Positions 1-11,174 of a stretch of DNA of 55,609 bases are shown one piece after another. The DNA lies in assembly GCA_002104905.1 (NCBI GenBank), contig MCFE01000586.1, positions 1 through 55,609 of the forward strand, given 5' to 3'. Position numbers and translations under genes: made by a program. Source of the DNA: Basidiobolus meristosporus CBS 931.73. Lineage: Eukaryota > Fungi > Basidiobolomycota. Every line of letters begins with the position of its first letter. Position 1 is the stretch's first letter. A model generated the notes under the pieces. It did not search any database, was not told where the DNA came from, and worked only from the letters and a program-made list of their open reading frames with translations.

Positions 1-2
1 TA

Positions 3-521
3 GGACAACTCAGGAATCAGTGCAAAGTCCAACTCCAAGAAGCTGAAGAAACCGCCGCGGATTCTGTAGAAACCATGAGGCGAGTACGAAAGCGCCTTGA
101 TTGCGCCACAGTTTCTATGGAAGAACTACAATACGTCTTGGAAGAAGCAAAAACTTGTTATTGACAACAGGTGACTGCCAACCAAGTGTACACCCTCTCC
201 AAAAGGTCCCCCACCGTCATATTGAACACAAAAAGGACAAGCCCCGATAACGTTTGCAAGATAAAGAAGCAAGACTTTATCGCGCTATTGCACCTTTTCT
301 TGTTCTCCGACCCTCCCAAGGAACTTACCCAGAACCCTATGGTTTGCCAACTATTTGGCTCTGCGGAAAACATCCCTCGAGCAACACAGGCCACACCCCA
401 CTCTGCCGCCAAATGGTATCAGGTACTTGCCCGTGATCCCCTCGCAAGTGACAACCAGCAATGGTACTACGGTGACTCCCCATGCTCCGTAAACAAAATT
501 GATCCGGGAGAAGCAAGTTAG
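3..521 (+). pseudogene. C-terminal part of an unidentified ORF with one in-frame TGA; runs off the window start
   Basis: The frame from position 3 to the stop at 521 is open except for one TGA at about 162-164. No recognisable motif. Followed by a C-rich degenerate repeat at about 590-700. Confidence 0.2.
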
Positions 522-949
522 TCAAAGAACTTTGAGGACAAAGCTCCCACTTAACCCCCGGGATATGTGAGTACTCAATGTAGTACCCACTCTTTGCCCA
601 AGAGTTCTCCCAAGAGTTCCCTCCAGAGTCCTACCCAAAGTCCTCCAGTACCCTCCCTATGATTCCCCCACGCGTCCTCCCCTCCTATCCCTGCCCTTAT
701 CTAGTTAGAACACTTACCATAACAGGAAGGTGTTCACACCCCTATTTTATAACACATTGTCTATTGTCTAAGCCCCCCAAGTGATATATATATCTACCCA
801 ATTGAACCAGGAAGAACGACAAGATTTGGACAAAATAAACAGAAGTCTTTATTACCTTGCTACCTTCTATCGGAAGCTATTCTGAACCAAGTGGTACTGA
901 CTTGACCTACAAGCTCTCCCACTCACCAAGTACAGTCAGTAATAACCCA

Positions 950-1750
950 CATAATGCACTATGTGATATATTAGTAAAGCTAAGTGGCTTCCAAGAGCAA
1001 TATACACAGGACTCATCCAGGAATCAGTTTTAGAGTATCAGACAGAGGGTAAGTAATTACCTCCAGGGATCAGAAGGTGAGCTTCAAGAGAAAGAGTACA
1101 GACCACAAGCAACAGTGTCCAGATTGCACCAGCATGCCATGCTGGATTCCTTACCATCCATTGCAGCTTCAGCACACCAGCACATGTCAGTCCAGACTAT
1201 GCAAACACCCTTCACAAGAGTGCCATGCATTGAGTCAACATGTGCTGGGTCAATGCCCATGCTTAATTGAGTCAACACATGTTGGGTCAATGCATGTGCT
1301 GCAGAGCAAAACCACCTGAACTTGCCAAACTGCTCATTTAGACACATGTCCATTGGATTGGGCCAATTTGCATCAACAAGTGGCATCACATTGAATTCAT
1401 CCAAGGGCCATGCCAATGCATCAAGTTGCACCTGTGCATACCATTACACCTGACCATCAGTGAGTTACTTCTGGTGAACTGGCCAATGATGAACCACACA
1501 AAGTGCCTTCACCACCAGAGCCTGTGGCAAGTAAAAGAAGATGTCAGCACACATCACTGCTTGCCCACTCAGTAGCTTCATCTAGAGCAACTAAGCATGG
1601 CCAAGCAGCAGCATTGCACCCATCAGCTAAGAGGCAAATACTGACTACAAATACACAAGTAGCCAAGATGACAGTCAACAAGGAAGTTGTTTAGGTGTGC
1701 AAAGTGAATCACTACCAAATACTTTAGTAGTTATCTCTCCAAGAAAAAAA
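950..1750 (+). repeat. Diverged dispersed repeat, copy A; homologous to about 9780-10540 on the minus strand
   Basis: Translates to DILVKLSGFQEQYTQDSSRNQF*SIRQ...EKEYRPQATVSRLHQHAMLDSLP. The second copy reads DILVELSGF...FQEEYIQYSSRQQFQSIRL...EEEYTPQATASKLGQYALLDSLP. Boundaries approximate. Confidence 0.65.
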
Positions 1751-2242
1751 CCTAGGAGAAGATGATGAGATTGCATTGAATTGCTATTATTTGTCATGAT
1801 CAAAACAACACTTTTTTTTGCAATCCTAATTGAGCCATTGCAAATCACTATTCACTAAATTTCTGATATAAGTAAAATCAAGGTTAACTCACATTTGAGA
1901 CAGAACCCCTATAAATAAACACCCTGCATATATATACATCTTCTGTAACACCAATGCAGCCATTTGATTTGTTTTGCGCCTATTCAATTGGTTGTGTACT
2001 AGCTATGACACCTTTTCCAATCACTAGGATCAGGAATCTACTTGCTCACTGGTCAAAATGGAATATTTTATGGCAAATCAGGTAGCTTGTGTATTGGTGA
2101 AAGAGCTAATTGGTGCTGGCAGCTTCTGGATAGTTTAGCACCAATTGACCACTGAGATACCATCCAATTGGAATGATGGTAACCAAAATGGTAAGTATCA
2201 GTGTAGTTTATAGTGTGATACACATTTATTTCCATTTACATT

Positions 2243-2977
2243 AGACTTGTTCCATTGGATAGTGCCACATTGAGCCATGAGTGCCAAATGATGCCATAGT
2301 TTGCCAGAGAGATAAAGTGAGCCTATACTTGGCCACCAAGTGTGAAACATAGCTCTGCATCTTCATGTAAAGCAGCCCCTGTGTTTCATCCATTGTGTTG
2401 GAGAAAATCCATTTTTTGACCTTTTTTTTTTCGATCAATGTTGTGCAGGATGTGTTAGAGCACAAAAGAATTGAAGATATGCATCTGGTACTCAATACCC
2501 ATGGCACTCTGAATCTAGCTTCTGTAGCTTGTATCATGTCACAAAAATGAATGGCACTATCTTGGTCCACTGGTACTATCTGGCACTACAAGTGCTTTGT
2601 ATAGATCTTACTTTAGGGCTAATAACTAAATATAGTGCCAGATAGTACCAGTGGACCAAGATAGTGCCATTCATTTTTGTGACATGATACAAGCTACAGG
2701 AGCTAGATTCAGAGTGCCATGGGTATTGAGTACCAGACGCATAACTTCAGCTCTCCTGTGCTCTTACACATCCTGAGCTACACTGATCCACAAAAAAAGG
2801 TCAAAAAATGGATTTTCTCCTGCGCAATGGGTGAAACACAGGGGCTGCTTTACATGAAGATGCAGAGCTATGTTTCACACTTGGTGGCCAAGTATAGGCT
2901 CACTTTATCTCTCTGGCAAACTATGGCATCATTTGGCACTCATGGCTCAATGTGGCACTATCCAACGGAACAAGTCT
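2243..2977. mobile_element. Foldback/MITE-like DNA element, copy 1 (about 345-bp inverted arms, about 46-bp spacer, 3-bp TSD ATT)
   Basis: Starts AGACTTGTTCCATTGGATAGTGCC and ends GGCACTATCCAACGGAACAAGTCT. The arms are reverse complements along most of their length. ATT lies directly on both flanks (2240-2242, 2978-2980). ORFs 2241-2570(-) and 2719-2982(+) mirror each other. Confidence 0.85.
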
Positions 2978-4164
2978 ATTAAAGAAACATATCCAAATAC
3001 TGGATTTTACCTACCATGATAGCAGTATCCAATTGCGCACCTGATGCAAACATTACACATTGGTACAATCATCTGTGCCAACCTCTTTGTGTCAGATTGT
3101 GCCATAGTGTGCAAGATTGTCCCACATGGTGCAATATTGTTCAAGAGTAATCCTGCCTACTGGTAGCTACAGTTTTGCACCATATTGCTCTTAGAAACTG
3201 CTGATTGACCCATGCACCCAGGCATGGTATGGTGGAGAGGGTCTATTATCTGCCAATCCTGTTTCTGGACCATTTCCTGATTTCTCTGGGCAATTGCATC
3301 TAACATATTAGCCACTGCACCTAATTGTTTCATTGATGCTTTGATATGAGCTGACAACAAACTTGCTAATATAGGTGGTGGTGATGCTATGATGGCCACT
3401 TGCAGGTCTTCAACTGAGTGTACTACATTTACTACATTTTTATCAGCCTGTGCATAGCAGTCAGTTTGCAGCCCCGCAGAGTTTCTTAACTGCCTACTTG
3501 ACTGGAAGCCTGAGGAGTACACATTATTACCTTCAGTGGGCCCACTGTTAACATGGTCTTTTTTGGATGTAGAACTGCTAGTTGCACTGGATGTCAAAGC
3601 AAGCTGTTGTCCAACTGTTCTTCTGCTGCCATCAGCAGTGAGGTTTGGCTGGGAACCTCAGAACATTGCTTTATTTTTTGGCTGGATATATATGGAAGTG
3701 AGTCAAACCAAAGGGGAAATAGTGTTACATTAACATGTGTATGTGGTACCGTAACTTTATTAATAATGCTTACTATGGTGGCTGATCATTGAATCTTACA
3801 ATCATGTAGGTATGATAACTCAAATACACAACTGTCTTCACATGAGTAATGACCAAAAAGTTATATAGTAGCATTGCATTGTTGAAGGTCAATTTTTTGC
3901 CCCACAGACAAGACTACTTTGATTCAATGCCATAAGAGAAGAGAAAGGAGACCATGTGCCCAAAGTAGCAAGCCTCTCAGCCCTGAAGCATGAGGAAAAC
4001 ATAGGAAGTATTACAAGATTCATGGCCAGAGTTTTGTTACACAAGTCATATTTGACCATTCATCAGTCACTATTGTACAAACATTCTCTTGCTAGCCTGC
4101 TGATACTTCTCTATTGGTACCTGGCTGTCTTTGTCACCTTGCATAAGTGGAGTAAGGTGAGTTT

Positions 4165-5650
4165 GTGATGCCTCTAGGCTTACCTCAGCCTTCTGAATAT
4201 GGCATGCAGAGTGATAGCTCTGACACAGAAGGCTCACTGATGGATTGTGAGCCTATCTCCCATAACAACAGTATCACACATGAGCCCAGTCAAATCCCAA
4301 AATGCAGTGAGGCAACACCCATTGAAACAAGTGCTGAGGATACTTTATGGAGCCAAGTGAGCCCAGTAATCTATCTACTGGTGAATGATGTAATGTTGTG
4401 GATAGAGAAGTGGTGTGTTTCCACTAATATCAGCAATGGGGGCTTTCAGGATTTATCACTACTTTATGCTAAAATCATTCCAGATTGCAATTTGCCATGT
4501 TCATTGTACAAGTGGACCACTCTCATGTTGCTGGCAACATATGACCTAGAGACTGTCCTGATTCCAGCTTGTGTAAACAGTTGCCTATATTCACATCCAA
4601 AAATATCACCATTGTAATGTGTCCAAATTGTCAGGAATCCACCACCATAGAGGGAAGACATTGCTCACACTCCAGATATATTCTGGGAATACCCCATCTA
4701 AGGAAGCTCATGCAGTCTAACAAATATTACAAAGCTATAAAGTAATGCCCTCAGTATCAATCAAGCACATATATATCCTATATACCTGATGGTAATTATT
4801 AAAAACAGTTAAGAAGCCAGGACTACTTTGAATGTAAGTATGACTAAAACACCATCATGTTCCATCATAAGATTGCTAGGAGGGTCACTAATACCAAGCT
4901 GCAGGTATTATGAAGGTCTCTAAATGGGATCCTGACAGCTTATCTGCATTGGATCCACCTGCAGGACCAAGTTATTTTTCATATGGACTTTTATTAGGAA
5001 AGCTCTACCAAAGTATGTTGAGTTTCTCTTGGTCACAAGCCAGCTTCTACACAATTCAATGTAGAATTCACATAGACAAGAGCCAGAGTGTACCTAAAAG
5101 GGAGACTAGAATCCAGCAGGGAGAAGGAATATAATGTCTAAATATCTAAACGTTCTTTGCAGATATTCAGGAGGTATTCATGGCAGAAGTAGCAGAAACA
5201 AAGCATATATCTGCAAGAAGTATATGTTACCAGCAGTAAAAGGTATTGTACATTAGGCATTTATATTCAAATGCCCCTTTGAGACACTGGAGATATTTTA
5301 AAAATTGATAGTAAGATGCAAAATATCTGCTGCCTGAGACACTTCCCTCAAGCTCCAACTAATATTCATACACATATGCAGCAATATACATTTAAGGGTC
5401 ATGTGATCTGTATATGTATTTATTCAAGTGGCCTTCTGAAGCCACTTCAGATAAAAGTACATTGAAAGAATTGCAAGTTATGTGTTGATATTGTAGGAAT
5501 ACTTTTCCTGGAGTGGATAGCCAATGACAATTGGGTGCATCAATCACCTTTACAAATGGAGTGTATGATAATATTTGAGTTACTACACTAAAGCCTAAAG
5601 TTTAATATGTTGATCTCTGCTGATACTGTGTCCATTCTTCACAGCAGCTT
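4165..5650 (+). pseudogene. CACTA/EnSpm-like (Transposase_21-type) transposase relic
   Basis: Contains LPCSLYKW...IPACVNSCLY, then after a frameshift CPNCQES...IPHLRKLMQS and YIPDGNY*KQL..QDYF. These resemble the AC.N.C.LY / CP.C / DI.DG..Y..L motifs of CACTA transposases. Multiple stops. Confidence 0.6.
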
Positions 5651-5657
5651 ACTTAAT

Positions 5658-6389
5658 AGACTTGTTCCATTGGATAGTGCCACACTGAGCCATGAGTGCA
5701 AAGTGATGCCATAGTGTGCCAGGGATGCCAAGTGAGTCAATACTTGGCCACAGAGTGTGAAACATAGCTTTGCATCTTCATGCAAAGCAGCTCTTGTGTT
5801 TCACCATTGTGTTGGAGAAAATCCAATTTTTGACCTTTTTTTTTAGGTCAATGTTGTGTAGGATGCATAAGAGCACAAAAGGATCAAAGGTATGCATCTG
5901 GTGCTCAATACCCATAGCACTCTGAATCTAGTTCCTGTGGCTTGTAACATGTCACAAAAATGCATGGCACTATCTTGATCCACTGGTACTATCAGACACA
6001 ATATTTAACTATTAGCCCTAAGGTAAGATTTATACAAAGCACTTATAGTGCCAGGTAGTACCAATGGACCAAGATAGTGCCATGCATTTTTGTGACATGC
6101 TACATGCCACAGGAGCTAGATTCAGAGTGCCATGGGTATTGAGTACCAGATGTGTGTCTTCAGTTCTTCTGTGCTCTTGCACATGCTGCACAACAATGAT
6201 CCACAAAAAATGTCAAAAAATAGATTTTCTCCTGCATCATAGGTGAAACACAGGGGCTGCTTTGCATGAAGATGAAAAGCTATGTTTCACACCCTGTGGC
6301 CAGGTATAGGCTCACTTGGCTTCTCTGGCACACTATGGCATCATTTGGCACTCATGGCACAATGTGGCACTACCCAATGGAACAAGTCT
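5658..6389. mobile_element. Foldback/MITE-like DNA element, copy 2 (inverted relative to copy 1)
   Basis: Same termini, AGACTTGTTCC...GGAACAAGTCT. The spacer is the reverse complement of the copy 1 spacer. Flanks are AAT / GAT. Confidence 0.85.
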
Positions 6390-8339
6390 GATGTGTGGCA
6401 AATGTTGTGACTTACTTCAAATTTTGGGAGTTTCCTATGGAGCAGATATGTGGGCAGACAGTAAGACAGGTCAGGTTGCAGGACCACTATACTCAAATCT
6501 CATCAAGAGTAATCCTTCAAGCCTGTCATCAATATGATGAGTTGCCACATGGAGGACAGCCAGGATGAGTTTGAAATTCTGAGGACAGATGTGCACATGA
6601 AGACATATATGCCTATGGCGGCACCTATGCCTTTGGCTTTACAAAACTAAGCAGCCCCAATGCATGGTTAATCAGCTAAGCAGTGCAAGAATTGGCTGGG
6701 CACAACCAGCAACTAACTTTTATTAGGACTACTTTACAAAAGTATACTGGGTTTCTCCTCATCAAAAGCTGATTTCTGCACCTTTCAGTATAGAACTTTC
6801 ATAACCTAGACTTAGAATACTCCTATAAGGGGGATTTAAATCCAACAGGGGAAAGGAAAATATTGGCTTAGTTACTAAAAGTTCTTTGTGCATATTCAGG
6901 GGGTATTCATGACAAAGGTGATGGCAACTAAGCATATGTTTGCCAGATCTGCATGTTTCCAGCAATACAAGATATAGGGCTACTTTGCAAGCCTCACACC
7001 ACAACACAAAAGGTTGAGGTGATAGAAATATGTAAGTTGCAGCAGGTGTGTGCATATGTGGAGGTTAGCCAGCAGGAAGCTTTAGTCTTTTTTTTGATTC
7101 AAACTATATGCAAAACACCCATGGTGCTAGTGGGAAGCAAATAAAGAGGGGTGATTATACAGTGGAATATAAAAATGGTCCAAGGGGGGTACAAGAAGGA
7201 AGTGATATTTGGTAAATCCTTATGGAAGCATCATAATGGACTAGTTGTAAGATGCTCCGCTGGAATAGCAATGCCAACAGATGTCTTCAACAAAGACTCA
7301 AAAACAGCATCATATTTCTTGTCATATAGGGCAAATACCCTTGTTGGCTGATTAGGTCCACTCATATAGGTGTAGAACTCATCAAGCCCACCAGAGTACC
7401 ATGCAATTTTTACCACAAGAGTATTGACATACTGTCAGGATTTTAACTCTGTTTGGAAGTAAAAGCAGCTAAATACCATCCCAATCCCCCACAAATATAT
7501 GAACAGGGTCTATATTTTCAAGCTGCTGGAATATGACAGCCCCACTTTGGTATCCTGATGGCTGGTCTTGATTGAATCCATTTGCAGGATGTAATTATTT
7601 GCATAGAGTATGCCAAGGATGCTTTTTCAAGCTATGTGAGCCCTATACTCCATTTGCTACTGAATTGTGGTAATGGAAAGTATTCCATTACTACAATATC
7701 TCAAAACCAATATTGCACTCATATCTTTATTTTGCTTTTTGCTCGCATAACACTTAAGTGAAAGATCAAGAAATTCCAACTTTGAAGAGCAAATACTCTA
7801 GACCCTGACAAGCAATCCACCCTAGAATATTATGTTATATAGAACATGCAGTAGCCAACACATATTTCAAATTACAGCTCACTTGAAGCAGTGCTTAAGG
7901 AGTTATGACCAAAAGAGTCCAATTATTCTATATACTAGGCCTCTATTGTTAGGATTACCATAGTGACTTTGATTGTGTGTAACTTTTGAACCAGCCAATC
8001 AAACTACATTAAATTTTCTCAGGTGCTGCGCCTATCTGCTCTACTGCCAAATTTTAGCTTTGCAGTGCATATATTGCTTGTGCAATTGCCCAAAAACTTT
8101 GATCCTTCAGAAGTTTCATATATATAACTTCCACAGCTGAAAAATAAAGGGGAGCCTCTCTTTCCAGAATCTCCACACTAAAATTACAAGTTCCAAGGTT
8201 ATAAGACTTCCCCTGCAGCACTTGCACTGTTGAGTATTCTGACTTTGATTGGTACTACATCAGTAAAGCGACTGCAAAGCTCACAAGAATCCAATCTCAG
8301 TTCTACAAGAAAACTACCACTTCTCTGTTGGAAAGGTCC

Positions 8340-8590
8340 CCTCTGAGAAACCTTTTTACTCTAGAGACACCCCTCTAGACACCCCTTTAGTCTAAAGACC
8401 CCTTCAGAGACCCCTTCAAGAAACCCCTTTACTCTAAAAAATCCTCTTTAGGCACCCCTTTGGTGTAAAGTCCACTTTAGAGACCACCACAAGAAGCCCC
8501 TTTACACTAAAGACACCCCTTTGGACACCTTTTTAGGTCTAAAGACCCCTTTAGAGACTTCTAAGACACACCCCTTTAGGTTAAAGGGGA
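8340..8590 (+). repeat. Degenerate C-rich short tandem repeat (variants of AGACACCCCTTTAG)
   Basis: Recurring GACACCCCT / GACCCCTTT / CTAAAGAC words. Confidence 0.6.
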
Positions 8591-8849
8591 GTTTTGAAAT
8601 TCCATATTAGGGAGTATTTCTCTGAGAGGAAAGTGACTTCTAAAAAAGGAAAAGTTACTATAAGAGTAAATGAGCCCATTAGTTAACAGAAGATCAGAAC
8701 ACTGCTGTAGAAGTGAGAATCATTGCCTATAGTATATTTTGAGCCTAAGATTGAGGATATTAGTGAAAGTTATATCTTCTATTGGTATATCAAACTCCCA
8801 ACAAACTATTTCAGTATTAGCATACTGGAAGTTGTTGCATATTGTTGAT

Positions 8850-9620
8850 TAGGCTCTACATTGCAGAACAAGCCCCAAACTAATCATAATTCAACACAGC
8901 AGAATGATGTGATATTGTGGCTGGAGCAGTGGTATGCTTCTGCCAATTTGGTAAAGGGGGGCTTGAGAACCTTTTGCTACCTCTTGCCAAAATCATTCCC
9001 TGATGCTACTTACTATGTACCTAGTGCAAATGGACAACCATCATACAGTTTTCAAGATATGACCCAGGGACTGTCCTGACACCAGCATATACCAACAGTT
9101 GCAGGGTATTACACCGGAGCATGACATCATTGCACGGTGTCCAGCTTTTCAGGAACCCACCACTACCATTGGAGGAAAGCATTATTAGCACTCCAGATAT
9201 ATTGCAGTAATAACTTGACTGAAGGAGCTTATTCCGTCTAACAGATCTTGTGAAGCTATAAGATACTCCACTCAGTGTTTATCAAGGGCAAATATTTCTG
9301 ATATATATGATGGCAAACATTATACACAACTTTGATGCAAGGGTCACTTTGAAGATATGCTTGACTATTCCTTTACCTTGGCACCTCATGGATTCTCAGG
9401 AAATTAAAGCTCTATATATATATAATTAATCCCCAACTTTAATGAATAGGCAAGGTGTCATTGTTGGCATGCAATTAGATGAGTAGCTGCAAGACAAATC
9501 AGATAGCTGCAGTGGCATTACAGATGAGGTATAAGTATGCAGGGTGCTTGTTTTCAGGGGTCCTGTCTCAAATATGAGATAATCTTGATGATACTGACAA
9601 CACATATTTAGTGATCCTTG
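8850..9620 (+). pseudogene. Second CACTA/EnSpm-like transposase relic
   Basis: DNA similarity to 4380-4530 (AATGATGTGATATTGTGG...AAAATCATTCC). At about 9294-9395 it translates ISDIYDGKHYTQL*CKGHFEDMLDYSFTLAPHGF, matching the SDIYDG..Y..L...G.F......L.TDGF motif. Confidence 0.6.
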
Positions 9621-9779
9621 GCCTGCAATGCTTTGATTAGGATTGTACTAAAAATGTGTTGCTTCAATCATGACAAATAATAGCAACTCAATAAAATAGC
9701 ATCATTCACTCCTAGTCATTTCTCTCACAGGGATTATTACTGAAGTTATTGGTAGTGATTCACCTTGTACACCAGAACT

Positions 9780-10540
9780 ACCCCCTTGTTAACTATCTTC
9801 TTTGCTACATGCTTACTTGTAGTTGGTATTCTATCACCTGGTTGATGAGTGCAGTGCTGTAGCTTGGTCATGCTGAATTGCTCTGGAAGACATTACAGTA
9901 CTGGCCTGAAGTGCCATGCACTGATATATTCTTTTACTTGCCAAAGGCTCCTGCAGTTGAGATACTTCCAGTGTGACTTTGTTAAACAATTCTCCAGAAG
10001 TAACCCAAAATAACACACAGATGTTCAGATGTAAAGTATGTGTAGGCACAACATAATGCATTGGCGTAGCCCTTGACTGAATTGGATAAGATGCCATGTG
10101 CATATGTGACTTAACCTGTGCTAGTGGTCTGATTCAGCAGTTTTGCAAGTTCTGATGGCTTTGCTCTGAACTGTGATGGTTGACCTGACATGCATCAAGT
10201 TGGTGCATGGTGTCATGTTCAAGGATGTTGGCATATATTGCACTGACATCTGCCTGTAAGCCGGTTTTGCAGCGCTGGTAATGAATCCAGTAAGGCATAC
10301 TGGCCCAGTTTAGATGCAGTTGCCTGTGGTGTGTATTCTTCCTCTTGACACTTACCTTGTGATTCCTCAATGTATTCACTTTCTCTCAGTCTGATACTTT
10401 GAAACTGTTGTCTTGATGAGTATTGTATGTATTCCTCTTGGAAGCTACTTAGCTCAACAAATATATAGGAAGCCACTTAGCTCAACAATTATATAGGAAG
10501 CCACTAAGCTCTACTAATATATCTTGTAGTACATTAGTTA
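9780..10540 (-). repeat. Diverged dispersed repeat, copy B (inverse of 950-1750); includes a 28-bp tandem triplication at about 10440-10515
   Basis: See copy A. The unit GGAAGCYACTTAGCTCAACAAWTATATA is repeated about 2.5 times. Confidence 0.6.
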
Positions 10541-11174
10541 TTTGAGGCAAAAACTCATTCAAAATCTCCTTGGTGTCCAAAGTTGATGCACAAATGGATG
10601 AATCTGGTCTATACTGTGCAAATTGTTCACAGAATTGTCTGCACACAGCTTCCTCATCAAATCCCCTCACTCTTAGCTTATCATTTATTTCAATACTTGG
10701 CTTGTTTGTTATCTTCTTACTTATGACTGCTAGCATCTTGATGTTGAACTCATGCCACCGCTCTCCATTAAAACTTTCCTATCTCTACTGACTCCAAGGT
10801 ATCCAGCTCTGCTAGATTAATAAATAGTGACCAAATATTTCTATGAAGACCTGTCCTAGACACTTGTGCCATACTAAAGTTTTTGGTCAGAGATCAAATG
10901 CACCCAACATTGACTTTTCTAGTCTGCATCATATAAGTGAACTGGGGAAGAATTTTGTAAGGGTTGTACTGGAGATTAGCTGAGACTTAGTATAGGGACA
11001 ATGATGATAGATTTGGATACTTATACAATAGTAAATTGCAAACAACTTGGTTTCATATAAAATATATATGCAAACTAATATGATTGTTGAGTTTTCCATT
11101 TATTGTGCATGATGCATCTCAGATTGCATTAACATGGGTGAGATCAGATTAGTTGCAGATTTCCTATCAGATTA

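Noticed and set aside
2583-2638. CACTACAAG...TAGTG in the foldback centre as a mini En/Spm element
   Set aside because: GGCACTA/TAGTGCC is simply the arm sub-repeat, there is no TSD, and copy 2 does not keep it.
6762-7440. Cys-rich ORF fragments, possibly a KDZ/CxC transposase relic
   Set aside because: The resemblance is only vague and I could not identify a diagnostic motif; it needs an HMM search.
7700-8330. Possible homology to the ORF at 3-521
   Set aside because: Only a WYY word and a similar downstream C-rich repeat are shared, which is too weak to claim.
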